This document shows positions 1 to 13,965 of a DNA stretch of 64,000 nt, piece after piece; the stretch's first letter is position 1, and the number at the start of each line of letters is the position of its first letter. The DNA is from Octopus vulgaris (taxonomy: Eukaryota), in NCBI GenBank assembly GCA_951406725.2, contig OX597820.1, forward strand, positions 64,232,001-64,296,000, written 5' to 3'. Below the pieces are notes generated by a model. It had not been told where the DNA came from. It saw only the letters and a program-made list of their open reading frames with translations, and searched no databases. Position numbers and translations under genes: made by a program.

Positions 1-72
1 GGAATTTGAACTCAGAACGAAGCGACGGGTGAAATATAGCTAAGAATCTCATCCAACGATTCTGCCAGCTCA
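1..72 (-). mobile_element. 5' fragment of tRNA-derived SINE family B (MetaSINE-like)
   Basis: Reverse complement matches the head of the copies at 57696-57917 and 19115-19490 (GAGCTGGCAGAATCGTT...GTTCTGAGTTCAAATTCC). Confidence 0.6.
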
Positions 73-827
73 ACTAAAGAGGGATATTCTCTTCGAAGTT
101 TTAATGATATGGACGATTTGCTAGCTTCCATAAATACATCTTTATACATATATAAACGCGTTTATATACATAAATATATATGGGAACACCTGTATTTGTG
201 TGTGTATATGTGTGTGTATATGTGTGTATGTGTGCGTGTGTGTGTGTAGGGATGCCCAAATGTGGAAGTGTTCAATTGCATGTGTATATATGTGAGTATA
301 CCTGTGTCTAATTAATTGAAATGTCAAGACTGTCTCAGCTGTGTTGCTTGTCCAGTCAGTGTTAAACTGATACTCATTTCTTCTGAACACAGATAGAAAT
401 TTCATTAAGTAAATATCTCTGTACACTATACTAAATATAACAGTACTGACTTAACCACTTGAAATGAAAAAAAAATGTACAAACAATAGAGTAGAAGAGC
501 TAACAGAAAATGTATATAATAACTTATGAATTTAATGAAAATGCAGAATTTAACGAAAAGCTAGCAGTATGACAGGTATCAGCGAAGTGCTACTGACAAT
601 TTACTATAATATCTTTATTTTTAAAAAATACTTGAAGCCTAGTAATCGTGAGGAAGGCTTCCCAATATCTATGGCGTCTGCGTGACCGAGACCACACCAA
701 TCTGTTGTAGGACAGCACATTTGCAGAACTCAAGGCCAGCAATTTTGAGGCGACGAAACCAGTTGATTTTACGACCTTCAGTACTTCGCTGGTACTTTAC
801 CTCGAAGGGTTTTTAGAGAACTTAGTA

Positions 828-861
<34 letters not shown>

Positions 862-1653
862 GTATGTATGTATGTATGTATGTATGTATGTATGTATGTA
901 TGTATGTGTATGTGTGTGTGTATTTATACTCGAACTATCTGTATGTGTGTATCTCTGTTTTATCTGATTCTATATTGTGATCAAATAAAGAAGAAGAAAA
1001 TGCAGAAGCCATTCTATGTTACCAAAGATGTGTTGAGAGAACTTGGTAATTCAACAATACTGAATACTAACTGATTGCTCAACACAAATAGACAATCTTC
1101 AAGCCAGGACGTCGGACAAATATTTTTCAGATAGGAAATATTGATATATTATTGTAAGATTTTTTTTAAAGAACGTACACCACCGCATGAAAAAAAAAAA
1201 AAAAACCGAGAGATTTGACAAATTTGATGTAGGAAACATTCGACACCAAATATGCAGCAGAATTTAGACCATATTTTTGTCTAAATACGTTATTTCTTCT
1301 TTCCAATTCTCCTGATCATATATTTATAAACTCGATCCTGTATTTTTACTGGGTATTCTCATGTACGATCGGATCGATGAGCGAGAAGCATTGTACATTT
1401 AGCTAACTAGCAATGGCAATTATTTTAGATTTTCTGTCGTTACTTCAATTTTTTATTGTGTAATTTCCTTGGAGGCAATGAGAAATAGCTATAAATGTGA
1501 CGCACTATTCACCTTACCGATGTATCATCCTTATGCGATGACAATCTAATATGATTACACACCCATGCATGCCTGCACACACAATCGCACACGCATGCAC
1601 TCATATCAACACCCATGTACATATATATATATATGTCTCACCCTCTCACTTTT

Positions 1654-1670
<17 letters not shown>

Positions 1671-1689
<19 letters not shown>

Positions 1690-1747
1690 TACACACACAT
1701 GAATATGTATATATACATGTATATATATATATATATGTATATATATA

Positions 1748-1805
<58 letters not shown>

Positions 1806-2260
1806 TATTAATCCACTCAACAGACCACTTAACAACGTAGAATATTTGTCTATAGGGCTATTAATGAAATTGGCCAATATAGACAAAAATTAAATCCAAA
1901 AGAAAATATATGAAGGTAAAGAATAACGAAAAGCAACAAATGCAAAACATCGCTATAAACACGAATATAATTGAAGATAATGCACCAAAATTTTGTTTAT
2001 TTACGTCGATTGAATGTCGATGACTCTATGAATGTGAGAATGTACGGACACACACACACACACACACATATACATATATATGCACACAGACAAACACACG
2101 AGCACATACAGACACACACCCGCAAACACAGGCAGTAAACACACATACACATATATGTATATATATATATATATATGAATACATATATAGATATATATGT
2201 ATATATATATATATGTGTGTATGTGTGTGTGTGTGTATATACATATATATATATGTGTGC

Positions 2261-2308
<48 letters not shown>

Positions 2309-2523
2309 TGCCGGTTGATATGTACGATTCAGTGACATTTATATCTGGATAGTACACAGATAAGATGGAGAAAAATGCAAGCATAAGCAAGCCTTTGGTA
2401 GCCTAGATATGCATACACACTCGCTCGCACACACACATTCACACACACACACACACACATACACACAGAAACACTCAAACACGTAGGCACTCATACATAT
2501 ATGTATACGTATATATGTATATA

Positions 2524-2585
<62 letters not shown>

Positions 2586-2818
2586 GATTTATGCATTGTT
2601 AGTGGTTAAATACGTACGTGTTTCGATCAAATATACGCATCACGTTGTCGAGGTAGTATACGCTCACTCACACACACGTACTCATGTAAATATTTATGTA
2701 AATATTTATTTGTATATCTGTGTTTGTGTGTTGTGTGGTGGTTGTCTTTATGTTCTTGTGTATCAATATTTATCTATCTATCTATCAATCTATTTATCAA
2801 TCTATCTATCTATCTCTT

Positions 2819-2908
<90 letters not shown>
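1671..2908. repeat. Cluster of (TA)n, (CA)n and (TATC)n microsatellites
   Basis: Long dinucleotide and tetranucleotide runs read directly; source of the YIYI/HTHT ORFs. Confidence 0.95.
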
Positions 2909-2912
<4 letters not shown>

Positions 2913-3229
2913 GTATTATGTATGCATGTATGTAATATTGTATATATATTTGTGTATAATTTATACCTAACTTTATATCTATAAACATAGATATACACAT
3001 ACATGTATTATTTAATCTGTCTGCTTTTGTAGATGTTACTCTTATATCGATTAAGTAAGTTGTGATAAATATGAAATTTTATAGCATATATGTTTGTATC
3101 TTGGAGCGTTTGTTTGTTTTGTTTTTTGTTTCATATAAACGTGCTATCACATATTCTCTGACGACTCTCATGCAGCTATCCTTTGTGAATGAGGGACTTT
3201 GATATTGCTACCTTTCCTTTCGTTTCTTG

Positions 3230-4320
3230 AGAAGATGTTGGCTCACCTGGTATATGAAGGCACTGATGCTTATCAATAAATATCTACCCCTCTACACCAC
3301 ACGTAGTTCTTTTAGGTGTTTTCAGCATGATATTAGCAAGATATTTAATAGCTGTAGGCCTTTAAAATACAAGTTATCGCAGCACTTGCTCCTTATTTTG
3401 AACGGAATCTATAGGATCTTTGTAACAGTGGAGTGTCATCCATTTCGGGGCCGGTATAATTTTCGATAACAAAGTTTGGTGCCATGCCTCTCGAATCTCT
3501 CAAGAGTCTCTGCATATCTTCACACGGGGGTGCAAATTTGTAGTTCTTTCAATCTCTCTCAAAAGCTTAAGTACTTCATCGATGCCAAATTTTTGGTGAA
3601 ATACTTCCGGTTCCGCAATTTAACTGACACTTTTCTACTATATTTGCGAGCGCTCCATAGGACCGTAATTGTCTTCTGGTCCCTTGTTCTCTAAGCCCTC
3701 CGAATCATTTCACTATTTTACTATACATTGCAACTATCATGCTAATACGTACATGAAACGTTGCTTTATTATCCACATCATTCTGCAGCTCATGCATTGT
3801 ATTTTACCCTAAAATTTAATTCAAAATATCTGGGTTTGGCATGTTTGCACAAATTAGCTGATAGCGGAGAGCATTGAATTGCGTGTTCATTTCTTCAACT
3901 CATCTATAAATGTCATTTAGATCTTTCTGTAGAAAGTGATTCTTGACTGCTCGCGCTACTTTCGTGCTTACTGTGTATATAGCAGCATGTCTGATAGGGC
4001 CTTCAGGAACTGCAGTGGCCCTTTAGGCAGTCCATTCGCTTCTAATATCTCCTTGAAGATGACTCTATTAGCTGTCACAGAGTGAGATTTGTCGTTTAAG
4101 TATTCATATAACCATTCTGCCAGTTTTCCAATTATACCGAGCGTTATCATCTTATGACATAGTACACCTCTCTCAAGCTTGTGAGAAGCCTTTGCAAAAT
4201 CGAAATTTATCACATCCGTGTTTCAGAGATTCAGAAGTTGTTTCAACGTCCACTCATCATACTGCAGACGCTGTGTAAAGTAGCTTCTTCCCCAACGGAA
4301 GTGATACTGAGTGTCAGGGA
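3230..4320 (-). mobile_element. Decayed non-LTR retrotransposon (CR1/Jockey-group LINE), RT to 3' end
   Basis: ORF 3968-4213 (INFDFAKASHKL..LCHKM..LGIIGKLAEWL..LPKGPL..ALSDM) is a degenerate DFAKAFD..GVPQG..LGPLLF RT segment. Downstream minus-strand frames read YFTKNLASMKYLSF*ERLKEL. Many stops and frameshifts. Confidence 0.8.
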
Positions 4321-4654
4321 GCTACACATTGTAATCGATAACTGTTATCTTCTCTTGTAAATCTCTAGTGCCAAAGACCTGATTCGGCATAATTATTTGC
4401 AAGTGTCCCAACGAAGATATGATAAATAATTTTAGATTGCATTTTCAGTATTTCACACAACATTTGGTGGGTCTGCACTCAGTTAGCCATACTCATCGAA
4501 AAGTAACCCAATTTTACCGACGCTTTTACAAATCTAGAGAAGGCTTCAAGGAATGTCATTACACTTTTTACTGCCCTAGTTTCTTATTTTACCTCCTTTC
4601 TCTCACGTTCGTCTCTCTCTCTTTCTTTCTCTATCTCACTGTCTCCCTCTCTCA

Positions 4655-4730
<76 letters not shown>

Positions 4731-4865
4731 TATAAACAAAACAGTCCGACGAACATTACTTTGAGTAACATTACTTGTGATATTTCTACTGCTTTTCATA
4801 AATTACATACATACATACACACACACACATACATAAACTCTCTCTCTCAAACACACACACACACA

Positions 4866-4904
<39 letters not shown>

Positions 4905-4908
<4 letters not shown>

Positions 4909-5711
4909 GTAAAAAATATAAACTGGGACAAGAACGCAAAACATTTAGAAGATGATACAAATAAAAGGGACGGGACATTCGAAGCCTTCAATCTTCTGTC
5001 AAGAATCGGATCATCCTCGCAATTTCGGCCCCAATTTCGGCCCCAAAGGAAAATCTAAGCCAAGCGCATTAGATTCCTTGGAAGAAAGCCTCGAATGTAT
5101 ACAAAAGAAGGACGGAAAAACGGACGAGGTTAAACGAATACGAATACAAAAATACGTAAAAACAATAATGATAATAATAATAACAAAAACAGGACGTCAC
5201 GGACAGGCGTCTTTCGACAGGACGAGTAAACTTTGAGCTGGCGTGTTAGAAAAATGCCTTAGGGCAGTGAGAAAAAAATGTGTCTTGCCGCGACGACTGC
5301 TAAGTACGAAAGGCCAGCAATCGGTCAGTCAGTCACGTGTCAGGAGAAGAAAGAGGAAAAGAGGTACAGATGAATTAAGGAGGAGGAGAAGAGAGAAAAA
5401 AGGGGGAACAAGTAACAAAGGAGGAGGAGAAGAGAGAGAGAGCGAGAAAGAGACAGATCAAAGTGGAGTGCAAAGTGTGAAGGGCAGAGAAATTTAGGAG
5501 AGGGGGGAGAGACAGTGTTATAGAGTCGTACCATGTTTAAAGAAATATGTACATACATATAGCGCCGCTATATATATATATATATATATGTAAAAAAAAT
5601 ACAAACTGGGACAAGAACGCAAAACGTTTAGAAGACGATACAAAATACACGGACGGGACATTCGAAGCCTTCAATCTTCAGTCAAGAACAGGATCATCCT
5701 CGCAATTTCGG

Positions 5712-5716
<5 letters not shown>
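4905..5716 (-). mobile_element. Non-autonomous retroelement with ~125-bp direct terminal repeats (Penelope pLTR-like)
   Basis: AAACTGGGACAAGAACGCAAAAC..GGATCATCCTCGCAATTTCGG occurs at ~4905-5030 and ~5587-5712. Both copies abut (TA)n, one is truncated, and the interior is non-coding. Family and strand are inferred. Confidence 0.55.
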
Positions 5717-5762
<46 letters not shown>

Positions 5763-6420
5763 TCAATTATTCTTGTCCTATCAGTACACCTTTTATTCGG
5801 CCATTGATGTGGAATGGTGGAATGGAATTGTTTGCAATGAACAAAGTTTAACGGTTACAACAGCAAGAAGCTATTTGCACGGAAAGCGACAAAAACATTT
5901 AGTGAAATTATGATATTTAGAAACTATAAATTCTTATTGGCCATATCTCTTTTCATGATGTATAATGCTTATTACCGACCTGCTTCGAGGGAAATCGCAA
6001 TGAAACCATAACTAGGTTTGGGTACACCAACATAAATATTTCCAGAAATATGTCAGACAATTTTTTTTTATCTAGTCAGTGGGTGGGGGTATTTGTGCAT
6101 ATGCTGGTCATAGCAGAGCCCATTAGCTTGCACTGTTTCCAGTGATATACGCTACACAAAAGTACATTCTATGCGTCACACACATGATGTTTGGGGATCG
6201 GGGATGTGAATATCAGTCATATAATTTGAAGTTAAACCTTGAAAGTCAGACTACGTTGTTTACCCATGCTATTTACAGTCACGTCTTTACTTTCATATTT
6301 CTTACAGCCGCAACTACACGCACGCTTACATTGTAAGAGCACACACACACATAGACATACACATATACACACATATACGCACACATATACACACATATAC
6401 ATATATATATATAATATATA

Positions 6421-6833
6421 GGCGCAGGAGAGGCTGTGTGGTAAGTAGCTTGCTAACCAACCACATGGTTCAGGGTTCAGTCCCACTGCGTGGCACCTTG
6501 GGCAAGTGTCTTCTGCTATAGCCCCGGGCCGACCAATGCCTTGTGAGTGGATTTGGTAGACGGAAACTGAAAGAAGCCTGTCGTATATATGAATATATAT
6601 ATATATGTGTGTGTGTTTGTGTGTTTGTGTTTGTCCCCCTAGCATTGCTTGACAACCGATGCTGGTGTGTTTACGTCCCCGTCACCTAGCGGTTCGGCAA
6701 AAGAGACCGATAGTAGAAGTACTGGGCTTACAAAGAATAAGTCCTGGGGTCCATTTGCTCGACTAAAGGCGGTGCTCCAGCATGGCCGCAGTCAAATGAC
6801 TGAAACAAGTAAAAGAGTAAAGAGTAAAGAGTA
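6421..6833 (+). mobile_element. tRNA-derived SINE family A (CORE-like motif), near full length
   Basis: A-box-like TGGCTGTGTGGTAAG (here AGGCTG), B-box-like GGTTCAGTCCC, CCTTGGGCAAGTG motif, internal (TA)(TG) tract, (AAGAGTA)n tail. Near-identical copies at 32621-32987 and 37732-38153. Confidence 0.9.
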
Positions 6834-6854
6834 TATGAAAATATAAACATACAC

Positions 6855-7748
6855 GGACCCTCGAAAAATGTGGAACGCGTCAGATAAGCGTTGATACAGA
6901 ATCAGAATATTTCTGCTCGAAGGCAATCAACTGAACTTGTCATTGGTAATTGATCGGTAAGGCATGAAAACATGGGTTCCCATCCGTACAAATTGGTCGT
7001 TGAAACAATGAGTTACGCACAACGGCTTAACTTCGCATGTCAGATGGAAGCAATGTTTGAGTCATATGACAAACTAATTTTGTTAATGAATGCTGAAGCT
7101 CAAATTCATCTCAGTGGCATGGTGAACGAACCGAACTATCGTCATTGGGCTCTTGAAAATTTCCGAGGGAACTGCACGAAAGACCTCTGTACAGCACAAA
7201 TATGACGGTCTGGAGTGCTGTTGGAAAAGCTGTCGTCATTGGTCCTTAATTTGTTGAAGACAATAATGGAAATGCTGATAAACAATTTCTTAGAACCTGA
7301 ATTACGACGAAAATCCATCCGTATTCCACGTGTTTGGTTTCAACAGTACAGAGGGACGGCGCACACACCCAGAACATTAATGGGCGTTCTTTGCCCTGTC
7401 TTCATGTCCAGGTTTGCTGACATTCCTTGTCACCCTCTGTCCCCTGATTTGTTCATGTGTGATTATTTCTCAATGCACGTGTGTGTGCGTATAAGCCCCG
7501 TACACAAAACGATTTGAAGGAAGATTTTCGCGTAGAAGTCGCCCAAATTGATACTGTAATACTGGAGATAGTGAAGGCCAAGTTCCAAGGACGACTTCAG
7601 AAATGCATCATTGGAAATGGACACGACATGATTGATGATGTTTTTCAGACTTGATTTTCATAAATTTTAATTCAGTAAATATTTTTGCATCTAAAATTAA
7701 GGATTTTGTGAAATTTTCAAAAACATCCGTCTTCCCTCCACCACCCTG
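6855..7748 (+). mobile_element. Decayed Tc1/mariner-superfamily transposon (rosa/DD41D-like), 5'-truncated
   Basis: HPYKL, MNAEAQIHLSGMVNEPNYRHW (cf. SDEAHFHL.G.VNKQN.RYW), WFQQYRGTAHT (cf. WFQQDGATAHT), PLSPDLFMCDYF. Ends CACCCTG followed by TA. Confidence 0.8.
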
Positions 7749-8174
7749 TACATAATACTTACATACATATTCATCCAAATATGTGTGTGTGTGTGCGTGC
7801 GTGTGAAATATTTTGAACTGATGGGTATATGTCAATTAGTGTGTTGATGTTTTGAGTAAGGACAATCGTAGCAATGCCATATTCCCTAACTAAAGCGGGC
7901 AAATAACAACATGGCCGCTGAAGCTCGAGATTTTTAGCGAGACACCACTTTATGTATGAATGTACCTAATATGACCCAGACTGCAAATCTGATGCAGTAC
8001 ATTATGATACACAATACCCCACCCATAAGACAGAGTCAAATGATGGGTCAGAACGATCGTCGTATAAAATAGAGTATTATACCAATTCCATATTATGTTT
8101 TGTTAATTGATTATTATTATTATTATAATTATATATAAACAAACACATACACAGACATGCATATATATATATAT

Positions 8175-8215
<41 letters not shown>

Positions 8216-8934
8216 GTGTGTGTGTGTGTGTATGTGTGTATGTGTGTGTGTGTGTGTGGTTAGATACATTGTTACATAGATAGAGAGACAGAGACAGGCA
8301 TATAGAACACAAAAATAGTTCAAAGAAAATCAAAATTTTGCAAATACGTTAGTATTCTTATATATTTTAAGCGATATACTATGAAACAGTTTGTAAGATC
8401 TTCAAATACATTACACAAAGCAGATGTATGTATATATATATATATATAATTACCAATCATATAGGCATCACCTGTGTGTGTAGACGTGGTGTGGAAACAT
8501 AACTAACCTGGCAAGAAAAGAACTCGAAACTAATCGAACCAGGTACACACACATATTGTTGTTTATTATCATTCGTGACCTCGGTTATGTCTAAAAGAAC
8601 ATTATGAAAAGGAAGACGGTCCCATAAGTATTTATATATATATTATTTTACATGCAAGTCTTAGACATACCACATTTAATTTTGTTTAAACTCACGGCAG
8701 TTCATCATAAGTGTGTACAATAGAGTTTATTTAAGTATTATACGACAAAATAAAATCTGTTCAGTTTTTTTTTCCAAAATTATAAAGCAAATGAAATTAC
8801 AAGACTCAAAATCTATAACACAAAACAGATGTATGTATTATTATTTATCAGTATATAACGAAGGCGAGAACTATGCCGAGAAGGCTGTCACATATATGTG
8901 TGTGTGTGTTTGTATGTGTGTGTATGTATGTGTG

Positions 8935-8965
<31 letters not shown>

Positions 8966-9149
8966 ACGCGTGCGTGCATGCGTTTGTGTATGTATGCTCA
9001 TGTATATATGTATATGTGAGTCAGTTCTTGTATGCCATTCGTATGAATTTAGAAAATTATGCATAGCTCATCAAACGAAAGTTGTAGTTGTAAATAGCGA
9101 GACAAACAATCTTGAGAATCCTTTCATCACGTCTACTCAAAGAATCAAC

Positions 9150-9430
9150 CATTAGCACATGTGGCTGCTTCGAGACAGGGTCGGAAGTGTTGAAGTACCC
9201 GAATCAGATTATCTTTATCAATTTTAGACAGCATTGGTTACGGTGGACTTGAGAGATTCTAATGTGTTCTGGGAGTGTTGATTGAACGCTCTCTCGACTA
9301 CATCTCTACATAATAGCCCAGTAGATTGAGATCTGGTGAGGTTAGAGGCTATGTATCTTTTATGATATGATCATGGATATAATCCTGGACCGACTCTTGG
9401 ATTGTCTTAACCTTATGAGCTCTCAAAAAT
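9150..9430 (-). mobile_element. Transposase C-terminal fragment (maT/DD37D-like)
   Basis: Minus-strand translation with frameshifts: AHKVKTIQE...PLTSPDLNLLGYYV..VVERAFNQHSQNTLESLKS. Confidence 0.6.
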
Positions 9431-11959
9431 ATGGCAATTGTGTACATTATTCCGAATTTTTTTACAATGTCTGGAAACATGAAAGTCAAGGTTCATCTTT
9501 TGCTATTCAAGTTGTAGCTGAAAATATTTTCCAGGTCTTTCTTGCCTCTTAACTAAGTCCGTTATCATACAGATATAGCTATTAGACATTTTTCATCAGA
9601 TCTATCAGCTGTATTTCTTCCTAGCGACCTACAATATATTGTGCTTTCAAAGTCCTCTTAGACAGGGGTACAAATGAGACAACTATTCACAACATTACCA
9701 AGAATTCGGAAACCGGAATGGTTATTAAAATATGCCAAACATTTGGAAAGAATCTGCACTATTTCACAAGATAACACTGGATTACCTGGACAGGAATTCC
9801 TTGATAAGATTTACAGGAATTGCTTGAAACTTGATGTCAGATAGGACTAGCAGCACTAGTCAAGTGCATTCTATATCCTGCCAATGTTAAATAAGAGTAC
9901 TTATCTGACGAAATGAGTTAGACCAAAGTGCAATTCTTCAAATTATCGACAAACATGCCATTTATTTGCAGAACAGCTGCCCGTTAGTTTTGTTAAAGTA
10001 TCGTTTCAATATGGTGAGTAATTATTTCCATCCGGTTTTATTCCTCCGTCAATCCATTTCTAATGACTGAGTTCTTTCACAAGGCAGTCGAAATCGAATC
10101 GAATCTCTTCCTTCATTAACGAACAGTTAGTTTACTGAACAAAAATCTATTTTTGGGTTTTCAGTGGAAGCATTTCTGTTATATATATATATATATATCC
10201 AAGCATTCCTATAAATCTATAGGCAACACTGTTGATCTGTAAAAATAGTTCACAATACTGCAAAACAACTAATTTAATCAAAGCCTTCATATTCACCGCT
10301 ACGTAGACTTAAAAAAATATAAAATCACCCCAGTTAGGCAATTGCCTGATTTTTAAAGCTTGGAGCAATGCAATGACTCATTATTAATGATTATGGTATA
10401 ATTATAAACAGGGAAAATTTTAACCATTGATCCGCCGATCGAAAAAAATGACGAACGAACTTAATCTATTTTCGAACCTCAGTGGTTTCTCCTCATCAAA
10501 GGCGTTTACATCATTCTAACAGTCTCCAGACAAACGAGCAGCCAAGCTGTTTATTTACTCAACAAATCCAGCAGTTACTCCACGAAGGAATACCTAATTT
10601 GCATACCGAAAGAAGTTTATATAAACTAAGAAATTTATGTAGCATATCCACGATACATGGATACCCACTGGTGACATCAACCCGTTTCGATGAAGTTGAC
10701 TTCAGTTTCCTGAAATAATCATTACCGTATCAATCAAAGCATTGCAAGTGCATATATTGATTAGTGCCGAAATCTCTGTTGACCAATGTCGCTCTCGCAA
10801 TCACCATATTCAATAAGGATGCTGAAAATAATGTTGCGAAAATAACCTATAAATTCTCTTCGAACCTATTTGTAATACAAAACCATTGAATACTGTGCAA
10901 CGCCGAATTGTCATATCTGTGATAGTGCGTATTAAATATCGTATAAGCGTCGGCTCAGAGCTATTATTAGTTTAATTTCTCCCTCGGTACCTGTATTGAA
11001 GTTCCAATTTGTGGTTGTGCTCCTCTCCTCTCGGCCTTCACTTTTACGTAAGATATAAAAATGGTCATATTCTTATGGGTGGTTTAACACCGAATAGCTC
11101 TGCGTCTAATCGGTCTTCAAATCGTTTTAAAATTCAAAGAATTTCTTCAGTATATTCCAAAGATAATATTTTATTTTTCACTTACAGCGATAAGTAATAT
11201 TGTATTCGAATTTGGTTGACACTCTGTCCTTATTTAATATCCTTGAATATAAAGTGTATGACATATACTCATTAATGGCGCAAAAGATATTGTATGGGAG
11301 CCAATATTTCGCATAGAGCATTACATACCAATGAAATTATAGAAATACAATTCATTTGTATCGTGATATATAACTTCTCAATGCAATAGTCTACGTGCTA
11401 TAAAACCAAATATGCATTCATTAAGAGCTATTCTGGTACATTAATATGGATTTAACAGATATTTTAACAAAGATAAAATAACCGAAGGCTGACTGGATCA
11501 GTCATCTATCTATAAGAATCCAAGCTTTCATGGATTCTCTTATAATAGAGAAACATGTTCTTTAAAATTGCGAATACAAGAAAAACCGAAATCCTCAATG
11601 TGGACAGAATTATTGAAGTTTGATATTGCACATTATATATGATGTATTTGATGTATAGTATATGATGCAAGGAAATAGAATATCATATAGATATATAAGT
11701 GTGTGTGTGGGGGGGTCTGTGTGTCTGCGTGAGTGTCTGTGTGTCTGTGTATGAAGGGAGAATTGTTTGTTTCTACAAAGAGGAACACGAACACAAAGTA
11801 TGAGTGCTTTTATATGTGTGGGGGTGTCTGTGTATCTATCTATCAATAGATATAATGGATAATAAAACCATTACACCTCATAGCTTACTGGTAAAGAACG
11901 GTCATATGTACGTGTGTGTGTAGAACGGTCCGTGTGTGTGTATCCGTCTTTCATCCGCC

Positions 11960-11991
<32 letters not shown>

Positions 11992-12008
11992 ATGTATGTA
12001 TACATATA

Positions 12009-12058
<50 letters not shown>

Positions 12059-12066
12059 CGAAAGCA

Positions 12067-12132
<66 letters not shown>

Positions 12133-12567
12133 GTGTGTTTCTCTGTGTCTAAGTGCAAAAAATCTGTGAGAGAGAAAGAAAGAGAGTGACTGCGCGTGTG
12201 GAATGGAATTCCCATATTTCACGGCATAAAACAATGTTAACTTTGAAAACTGAGAGAATCTGTGCTCATAAATCCATTTTGATAATCCATAAATTTAAAT
12301 AACATAAAAGTCTAACATTAATTCTGAATGCGGAAGTTGTCTAGTGGATATAAGTAATATTAATCTTAGTTTAGAAATTCCTGGATGTATAGTCTATAAC
12401 CATCCATAAAAACGATCGAAGATCAAATATCGAAACATGGTGTAGCGAGTAATCATAAAACAAAATGACCCTTCATCTCTAAAAAAAAAATGCGGTTAAT
12501 AGCTCGTTTACGTATGTGTATCTATCTATCTATCTCCCACTATACATACATAAATGTATATTATGTA

Positions 12568-12605
<38 letters not shown>

Positions 12606-13619
12606 AATACTTATGTGTGTATGTCTATGCATATATTTATAGTATGCTTATATTTTTATCATATCATATTATACGTATTATATTGCATCATCTTTATCTT
12701 TACATAACAAATAGTGCTCACTACAGATCTCTATCAGCTATATTCTGGCTGTATAACAACCGTCTCTACGTCAATTCAATATTCCATCAACAAAGGCAAG
12801 CAAGATAATTTCAACGAAGTAATCCAACATATTGACTAGAATATGTAACTAAAACAGTTTGCTTTGAAAGCTTCTCGTGCCATGGCTACCTGAGTATGCC
12901 GAGCAAAAGTGATATTATAAAATAGGCAAAAAATAGTATAGTTAACGCACGCTTCCATTTTCAATCAGAGTTTCATTGTAAAACCTGTAAGTGGTATCAT
13001 GGTTATAAATCATAGCAATATATATTCTGCCTGCCTTCAAATTATTCAAAGCGGTTTATACGCTGGAGTATAACGAAACCTTGAGTGTCATATGACACTG
13101 GTAATGCAATTATAATTAACTCTAATTGCACCCATTTGTTTTCTGCCAATAGAGGAGAAAAGGCTTGAAAGACTCGTAAAGAAACGAATACCGAGACCCA
13201 AACTTCTGAATGGTTCTATTACAGTAATATGCAAAGGAATTCGAAGGATGTACGCTTCTCGCAAGCCATATTGTAACGAAGTAGAAACGATATTACATCA
13301 TGGCTAAAAGAAAAATCCTGATTGATGAGAATTCTCTGACAAATAATATGGTGTTGGCACATGAAAAGAAGAGCCGAATATATCAAAGACCTAAGAATAG
13401 TAAATAAAAATTGCAGTGTTCGCCGAGCAGTATGTGGTGGTATTTTGTATATACCTAAAAAATGCCCCGAAATGTCTTGCAGTGGATTGTAATCTCGCGA
13501 GCTAGAGACTGAATCAGAAAATATTTCATTTATATAGTTTCAAAGTAAATGGCATAGATATAAGGAAAGAGTTACAGAGCAATGCAGAGAAGGAATTTTT
13601 AGCAAGTACGGAAAGGTAG

Positions 13620-13965
13620 TGAAAACGCGTGGTTCAGAAGTTAGAGCGTCGAGCAGAATATCTTGACATAGCGAGTTCGATTCCCGGACCGATCTGTGTG
13701 TTGTGTCCTTGAGCAAGAAAGTTTATTTTCACGTTGCTCCGGTTCCATTCAGCTGTAGAAATCAGTTACGACGTCACAGTTGCCAAGCTGTATCGGTCTT
13801 TGCCTTCCCCTTGGATAACATCAGTGCCGTGGAGAGGTGAGGCTGAGGTCCATGGGCAACTGATGGCCTGGAATAAATAACGATGGTAGAGCTTGTGCCT
13901 CGGAGTGTAACTTTCCAGGTGCAATCATATGGTCATTCATGACCGAAGTGGCTCTTTACCCTTCA
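13620..13965 (+). mobile_element. tRNA-derived SINE family C
   Basis: tRNA-like head (GTGGTTCAGAAGTTAGAGCG..GAGTTCGATTCCC), then GTGTTGTGTCCTTGAGCAAG...TTGCTCC..TCAGCTGTA and a TTTACC-type tail. Related decayed copy at 48935-49080. Confidence 0.7.

Noticed and set aside
3158-3200. CUGACGA followed by stem CUCUCAU/AUGAGGG (hammerhead-like)
   Set aside because: No GAAA, stem III or clear stem I follows; too incomplete to call.
6421-6495. tRNA-like sequences (also at 13625, 33760, 57696)
   Set aside because: They are SINE heads continuing into repeat bodies; no complete cloverleaf.
9660-9890. Possible RLE-LINE relic (GMVIK..KHLERI); similar faint relics at 13200-13500 and 19730-19880
   Set aside because: Similarity is too short and degraded to support a call by eye.
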